A stretch of 34,365 bases of DNA from an uncultured Dehalococcoidales bacterium (GTDB taxonomy: Bacteria > Chloroflexota > Dehalococcoidia > Dehalococcoidales > ARS1013). The stretch is from contig CAJWSH010000001.1 in NCBI GenBank assembly GCA_913046255.1, positions 1-34,365 on the forward strand, in the 5' to 3' direction. The translations under genes and the position numbers were made by a program. The notes beneath the pieces are model-generated. The model saw only the letters and a list, made by a program, of their open reading frames with translations. It did not search any database and was not told the DNA's origin. Shown piece after piece: positions 30,457 through 34,365 of this stretch. How positions within the stretch are numbered: the stretch's first letter is position 1; the number at the start of each line of letters is the position of its first letter.

Positions 30457-30687
30457 ATGGGCGTATTAGAGATAGTAATATTGTCTTTGCTTGCGCTACT
30501 TCTATCCAGTACTGGCTGGTTAATTAGGATTTTTCAGATATTGGTTGGTGTATCAATAAAATTTGGTAGGTCGCTATTAACAAATTTCTTTGTAGACCAA
30601 ATAAAGCAACCCGATACCGAGAAGAAGTCTAGGAGGGCGTTGTCTCAAAAAGGAAAAGAGAGTAGATCCCGAACACTGCTCTCATAG
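30457..30687 (+). CDS. Hypothetical small membrane protein
   Basis: 76 aa. The N-terminus is hydrophobic (LEIVILSLLALLLSSTGWLIRIFQILVGV) and the C-terminal tail is basic. There is no clear RBS, it sits in the AT-rich region, and no family was recognised. Confidence 0.3.
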   Translation: MGVLEIVILSLLALLLSSTGWLIRIFQILVGVSIKFGRSLLTNFFVDQIKQPDTEKKSRRALSQKGKESRSRTLLS

Positions 30688-30734
30688 AGCACACCACTCT
30701 TTAGGTTAGAGTTACTGGTATTTTAGCTTCATAA

Positions 30735-30824
30735 TGGCGGAGGGGGTGGGATTCGAACCCACGGTCGTCTTGCGACGACAACGGTTTTCAAGACCGTCTC
30801 CTTAGGCCACTCGGACACCCCTCC
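30735..30824 (-). tRNA. tRNA-Ser (anticodon UGA), CCA encoded
   Basis: The minus strand reads GGAGGGGTGTCCGAGTGGCCTAAGGAGACGGTCTTGAAAACCGTTGTCGTCGCAAGACGACCGTGGGTTCGAATCCCACCCCCTCCGCCA. It has a 7-bp acceptor stem, anticodon stem ACGGT/ACCGT with loop CTTGAAA, a long variable arm (class II) and a GTTCGAATC T-loop. Confidence 0.95.
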
Positions 30825-30901
30825 GAGTTGCTTTTGGAAGTTAAATCAGATCTTACAGAGCCTTCGTCGAATAGACATGGACAAAAATAGCTAATGGATA
30901 G

Positions 30902-31106
30902 CTAACCAACTTTTTCAATAGCCTCATTATAGCTGAGGATGAAGGCCCCGTCAAAGCGTTTAGCTGCCGCTTCCTAGAGCCATGGTGACGTGTATGAACA
31001 AATATCTAAGGTAATCGCTATACCTAGAGTAACCGAGACACTCTTGGGCAATCTTAGGATGTGCCCCGTATTGCCAGAGGTATAAGTTGCACGAAGAATG
31101 GTGTGG
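30902..31106 (-). pseudogene. Tyrosine recombinase (phage-type integrase) C-terminal remnant
   Basis: One minus-strand frame reads PHHSSCNLYLWQYGAHPKIAQECLGYS. One nt out of frame it reads IAITLDICSYTSPWL*EAAAKRFDGAF. Together these follow the integrase box II region (RH..AT.L...GV.PK.VQE.LGHSSI.ITLDTYSHV). It is frameshifted, has an in-frame stop, and the N-terminal two thirds or more are absent. Confidence 0.65.
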
Positions 31107-31182
31107 TAGAATAAGGGCTAAATAAATATATTTTGTTGTTCAGTGTGAAAAAGTTCAAAAAGACAAGGATAAAATACTTATT

Positions 31183-31848
31183 ATGAGAAAAGGTAACCAT
31201 GTATCACCCTATTATCCGATTTTTCTAAGTCTTAGCGGTAAGAAATGTGTGGTGGTGGGTGGTGGTCAGGTTGCTCTACGCAAGGTAAAGACGCTTCTTG
31301 AGCATGAGGCTGAGGTTGAGGTTATCAGCTCTGACTTTTGCCCAGAGCTAGTTCAGATGGCAGAGAAAGGAATAATACGGATATTACCAAAAGGCTATAA
31401 TAACGGAGATCTTGAAGGTGCTTTTATGGCTATTGTTGCCACTGATGATGGCACGATAAATTACAAAGTGGCCGATGATGCGAGACAGAGTAGAATCCTG
31501 ATTAACGTGGTAGATGCCCCGGAGCATTCTGATTTTATCGCCCCCTCTTATCTGCGCCGCGGAGCTATTACCATTGCTGTCGCTACAGATGGCAGGAGCC
31601 CTGCTCTAGCGCGGAAAATTCGGACTAGCTTGGAAAAGGACTTTGGAGACGAATATGCTTTACTAGCTCTTATAATTGGTGAAGCTCGTCAAGAACTTAA
31701 GGAACAAGGAATTAAGTTTAATAGCGATATCTGGCAGAAGGCCATAGACCTCGATGGGCTGACACGGATGCTGCGGGCCGGTCAGAGAGAAAAAGCTAAG
31801 GTTACCCTACTCACCAATCTGAAGCGCCTTAGACAAACGCAAACATGA
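31183..31848 (+). CDS. sirC: Precorrin-2 dehydrogenase / sirohydrochlorin ferrochelatase (siroheme synthase N-terminal domain type)
   Basis: 221 aa containing YPIFLSLSGKKCVVVGGGQVALRKVKTLLEHEAEV (Rossmann fold) and INVVDAPE. It sits at the head of the hemA operon. Confidence 0.85.
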   Translation: MRKGNHVSPYYPIFLSLSGKKCVVVGGGQVALRKVKTLLEHEAEVEVISSDFCPELVQMAEKGIIRILPKGYNNGDLEGAFMAIVATDDGTINYKVADDARQSRILINVVDAPEHSDFIAPSYLRRGAITIAVATDGRSPALARKIRTSLEKDFGDEYALLALIIGEARQELKEQGIKFNSDIWQKAIDLDGLTRMLRAGQREKAKVTLLTNLKRLRQTQT

Positions 31849-31864
31849 GACGGAGCTAGTCGAT

Positions 31865-33130
31865 ATGCATATCAGCCTAGTAGGCGTAAATTATTCCACC
31901 ACGCCAGTCAGATTTCTTGAGAGGCTGACTATTAGCATACCACAACTTCAGGATAGTCTATTACTACTACGCCAACATACACCTCATGGCATTATCCTTT
32001 CTACCTGCAATCGGACCGAAGTTTATACCATGGGTGGTGACGGCCAATCTATTGAGGAGGCCAGCTTCAACTTCCTGAATGCCTTGACAGATGGCTCTTT
32101 TACAGATGTCTTACCCCATATTTATCTCTGTAAGAACGAGATCGCATTCAGGCATCTTTTTCGTGTAGCTAGTGGGCTTGACTCAATGATTATTGGTGAA
32201 TTTGAGATTTTGGGTCAGGTTAGGCGTGCTCTGGAAACCGCTGAGAAAACCCGAATGGTGAGTTTACCATTACGCAATTTATTCCGGCACGCTATTGTAA
32301 CCGGTAGACGTGCTCGGGAAGAAACGGAAATCAGTAAGAATGCCATTTCCATTAGTTCAGTAGCAGTTGACTTGGTAACAGGGATTATTGGCGACTTGAC
32401 TAACTGCAAGATTCTAATCATTGGAGCTGGTGAAGCGGGAAGGTTGGTAGCTAAAGCAGCCAGAGAGAGAGGAGCTTCTCAAATAATTGTAGCCTCTCGT
32501 TCTGAGAAAAGCTCTCGGGCTCTTGCGGCAGTACTGGGTGCTAGTTGGGTTACCATCAATAATCTGGGGAGTAAGTTAGCTACTTCTGATGTAGTCATCA
32601 GTTGTACTGGTGCACCTCATCTTATCTTGGAACAGCATCAGGTGGAGGCAGCTATGAGGGTCCGCTCTGAGCGTCCTCTGGTAATCGTTGACATCGCTGT
32701 TCCCCGTGACGTGGAGCCCGGAGTGAAGCAAATCAACAATGTCTTCCTTTACGGTATTGATGACCTTATTGAGACTTCAACTTTGAATTATAAGCAGAGA
32801 GAACGCGAAATCAAGAGGGTTACAAAAATTGTAAAGGCTGAATTAGATAAGTTTATTACTTGGTGGCAAGCTCTAGAGATAAGGCCAGTAGTCAGTGCTT
32901 TGATGCAAAAGGCCGAAGATATACGCCAGGGGCAATTAGACTTGACCATTAAGAAGTTGCGAGGACTTTCTGATGAGGAGATAGCAAGTTTAGAAGCCAT
33001 GACCAAGGCAATCGTAACCAAGATGCTCAATAACCCGATACAATATCTTAAGAAAACTGGATATGGCAGGAATGATTATGCTCAGATAGTCAACGAACTT
33101 TTCCAGTTGAATGTGAGTGACCCAGAGTGA
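31865..33130 (+). CDS. hemA: Glutamyl-tRNA reductase
   Basis: 421 aa. Motifs are LVGVNYSTTPVRFLERL, the active-site Cys in STCNRTEVY, GLDSMIIGEFEILGQV and the NADPH site IIGAGEAG. Confidence 0.95.
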   Translation: MHISLVGVNYSTTPVRFLERLTISIPQLQDSLLLLRQHTPHGIILSTCNRTEVYTMGGDGQSIEEASFNFLNALTDGSFTDVLPHIYLCKNEIAFRHLFRVASGLDSMIIGEFEILGQVRRALETAEKTRMVSLPLRNLFRHAIVTGRRAREETEISKNAISISSVAVDLVTGIIGDLTNCKILIIGAGEAGRLVAKAARERGASQIIVASRSEKSSRALAAVLGASWVTINNLGSKLATSDVVISCTGAPHLILEQHQVEAAMRVRSERPLVIVDIAVPRDVEPGVKQINNVFLYGIDDLIETSTLNYKQREREIKRVTKIVKAELDKFITWWQALEIRPVVSALMQKAEDIRQGQLDLTIKKLRGLSDEEIASLEAMTKAIVTKMLNNPIQYLKKTGYGRNDYAQIVNELFQLNVSDPE

Positions 33131-34047
33131 ACAAGAGCACTATTATTGGTTCCAGGGCTAGCCAACTTGCCATAACTCAAGCCGAGTTAGTATTGGCCCA
33201 ACTAAGAGAGGCCAACCCCCACTTAAAGTTCAGTATAAAGAAGATAGCAACTGAAGGTGACCGCAATCACCGTCTTCCTCTGGATAAAGTAACAGGGGTC
33301 GGGATATTTGTTAAGGAACTGGAGGCAGCCCTGCTTGACGGGAAGGTTGATATAGCTGTGCACAGCCTTAAAGATATGCCCACCGAAATCCCAGCAAAGC
33401 TTTATCTGGCAGCGGCGACTCAGAGGCTTGACCCTCGGGATATTCTGGTTTCAAGTGCGGGAAAGCTTGCCGAACTTGCTCCTGGCTCAAGAATAGGTAT
33501 CGGCAGTATCAGACGTGCCATTCAACTTATAACCTATCGCCCTGATTTGGAAGTATGCCCCTTAAGAGGCAATGTTAATACCCGTCTACTTAAGGTGTCC
33601 TCTGGTGAACTTGACGGAGTGATATTAGCGGCTTCAGCCTTAGTTCGTTTGGGCTGGCAAGATAGAATAACTGAGTATTTATCTTTGGAGCATTTTCTAC
33701 CACCAGCAGGGCAAGGTGCCCTGGGGATAGAGATACGAGTTGATGACGAAGAAACTGGTGAGCTTGTCTTACCTCTTAATCACCAATTGACTTGGCAAAG
33801 TATAGTCGCCGAGCGGACCTTTCTCAGCATTTTAAATGGCGGATGCCGTGCCCCGATAGCTGTCTTGGGGACAGTTAATGATAACACCTTAAACCTTACC
33901 GGAATGGTAGCTGAGGCTGAGGGCAAAAGAATCTTGTATGCTTCAGAGGAAGGTAGCCCCACCACTCCTGAGCAAATAGGAAACCAGCTAGCACAGAAGC
34001 TACTGGAAATGGGAGCTTCCAAATTTATCCCCGAGATGAGGGCTTAA
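33127..34047 (+). CDS. hemC: Hydroxymethylbilane synthase (porphobilinogen deaminase)
   Basis: 306 aa with a GTG start overlapping the hemA stop. Motifs are IGSRASQLAITQA, GDR, GIFVKELE, AVHSLKDMP and RGNVNTRL, with the cofactor Cys in GGCRAPIA. Confidence 0.95.
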   Translation: MNKSTIIGSRASQLAITQAELVLAQLREANPHLKFSIKKIATEGDRNHRLPLDKVTGVGIFVKELEAALLDGKVDIAVHSLKDMPTEIPAKLYLAAATQRLDPRDILVSSAGKLAELAPGSRIGIGSIRRAIQLITYRPDLEVCPLRGNVNTRLLKVSSGELDGVILAASALVRLGWQDRITEYLSLEHFLPPAGQGALGIEIRVDDEETGELVLPLNHQLTWQSIVAERTFLSILNGGCRAPIAVLGTVNDNTLNLTGMVAEAEGKRILYASEEGSPTTPEQIGNQLAQKLLEMGASKFIPEMRA

Positions 34048-34365
34048 GTGAAGAAAGGGAAGGTATATCTGGTAGGCGCTGGGCCGGGTGATGTCGGTCT
34101 GATTACGGTGAAGGGGCTTAGCTGTCTTGAGAAAGCCGACGTTATTATATATGACTATCTACTGGACGAGAGGCTTATGGAATCAGCCCGCCCCGAAGTA
34201 GAACGGATATATGTGGGTAAAACCGTCTCTTATCACATTAAAAAACAACGTGGGATAAACCAGTTGTTGGTAGAAAAAGCCAAAGAGGGTAAAATAGTGG
34301 TAAGACTTAAGGGAGGTGACCCTTTTGTACTAGGACGAGGGGGAGAAGAGGCGGAGGCTCTGGCG
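34048..34365 (+). CDS. cobA: Uroporphyrinogen-III C-methyltransferase, N-terminal part (cut by window edge)
   Basis: Not in the ORF track because it is open-ended. GTG at 34048 lies directly after the hemC TAA. The translation is [38 protein letters not shown]...[21 protein letters not shown], showing the SAM-dependent tetrapyrrole methylase motifs. Confidence 0.88.
   Translation, partial: MKKGKVYLVGAGPGDVGLITVKGLSCLEKADVIIYDYLLDERLMESARPEVERIYVGKTVSYHIKKQRGINQLLVEKAKEGKIVVRLKGGDPFVLGRGGEEAEALA

Overview
The window is mostly a compact housekeeping region of moderate GC. The lineage cannot be fixed without a database search. The gene set and frequent GTG/TTG starts fit a small-genome anaerobe such as a Chloroflexota-like organism, but this is inference only. 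Left to right: a 3'-truncated M20 amidohydrolase (-), uvrA (+), and an sbcC/rad50-like ATPase with no sbcD (-). Next is a minus-strand block of ppsA, an HD-domain dGTPase-like gene, dnaG and rpoD. A bifunctional-nuclease-family gene (+) follows, then a complete F1Fo ATP synthase operon atpZ-B-E-F-H-A-G-D-C (+). After that come rpsP plus a KH-domain gene (-), a decayed endonuclease V gene (+), and prfB with its programmed +1 frameshift (+). A secreted HExxH peptidase and an orphan family-5 solute-binding protein (+) follow. The last housekeeping block is a sirC-like/hemA/hemC/cobA tetrapyrrole operon (+, cobA cut by the window edge). The only accessory-looking segment is about 27.3-31.2 kb. It holds a possible thioredoxin-fold gene remnant, bcp and hsp20, each preceded by a copy of a duplicated 50-70 nt element. 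It also holds a 1.6 kb AT-rich stretch with an internally duplicated Cys-rich 154-aa orphan and a 76-aa membrane orphan. tRNA-Ser(UGA) and a frameshifted remnant of a tyrosine-recombinase C-terminus complete the segment. I found no CRISPR array, rRNA, intact mobile element or recognisable defence system. The most interesting items are the tRNA-associated decayed islet, the Cys-rich tandem-module protein, the duplicated element upstream of the two stress genes, an unlisted 38-aa membrane ORF inside the atp operon, and a small family of GA-rich imperfect palindromes in three intergenic spacers.
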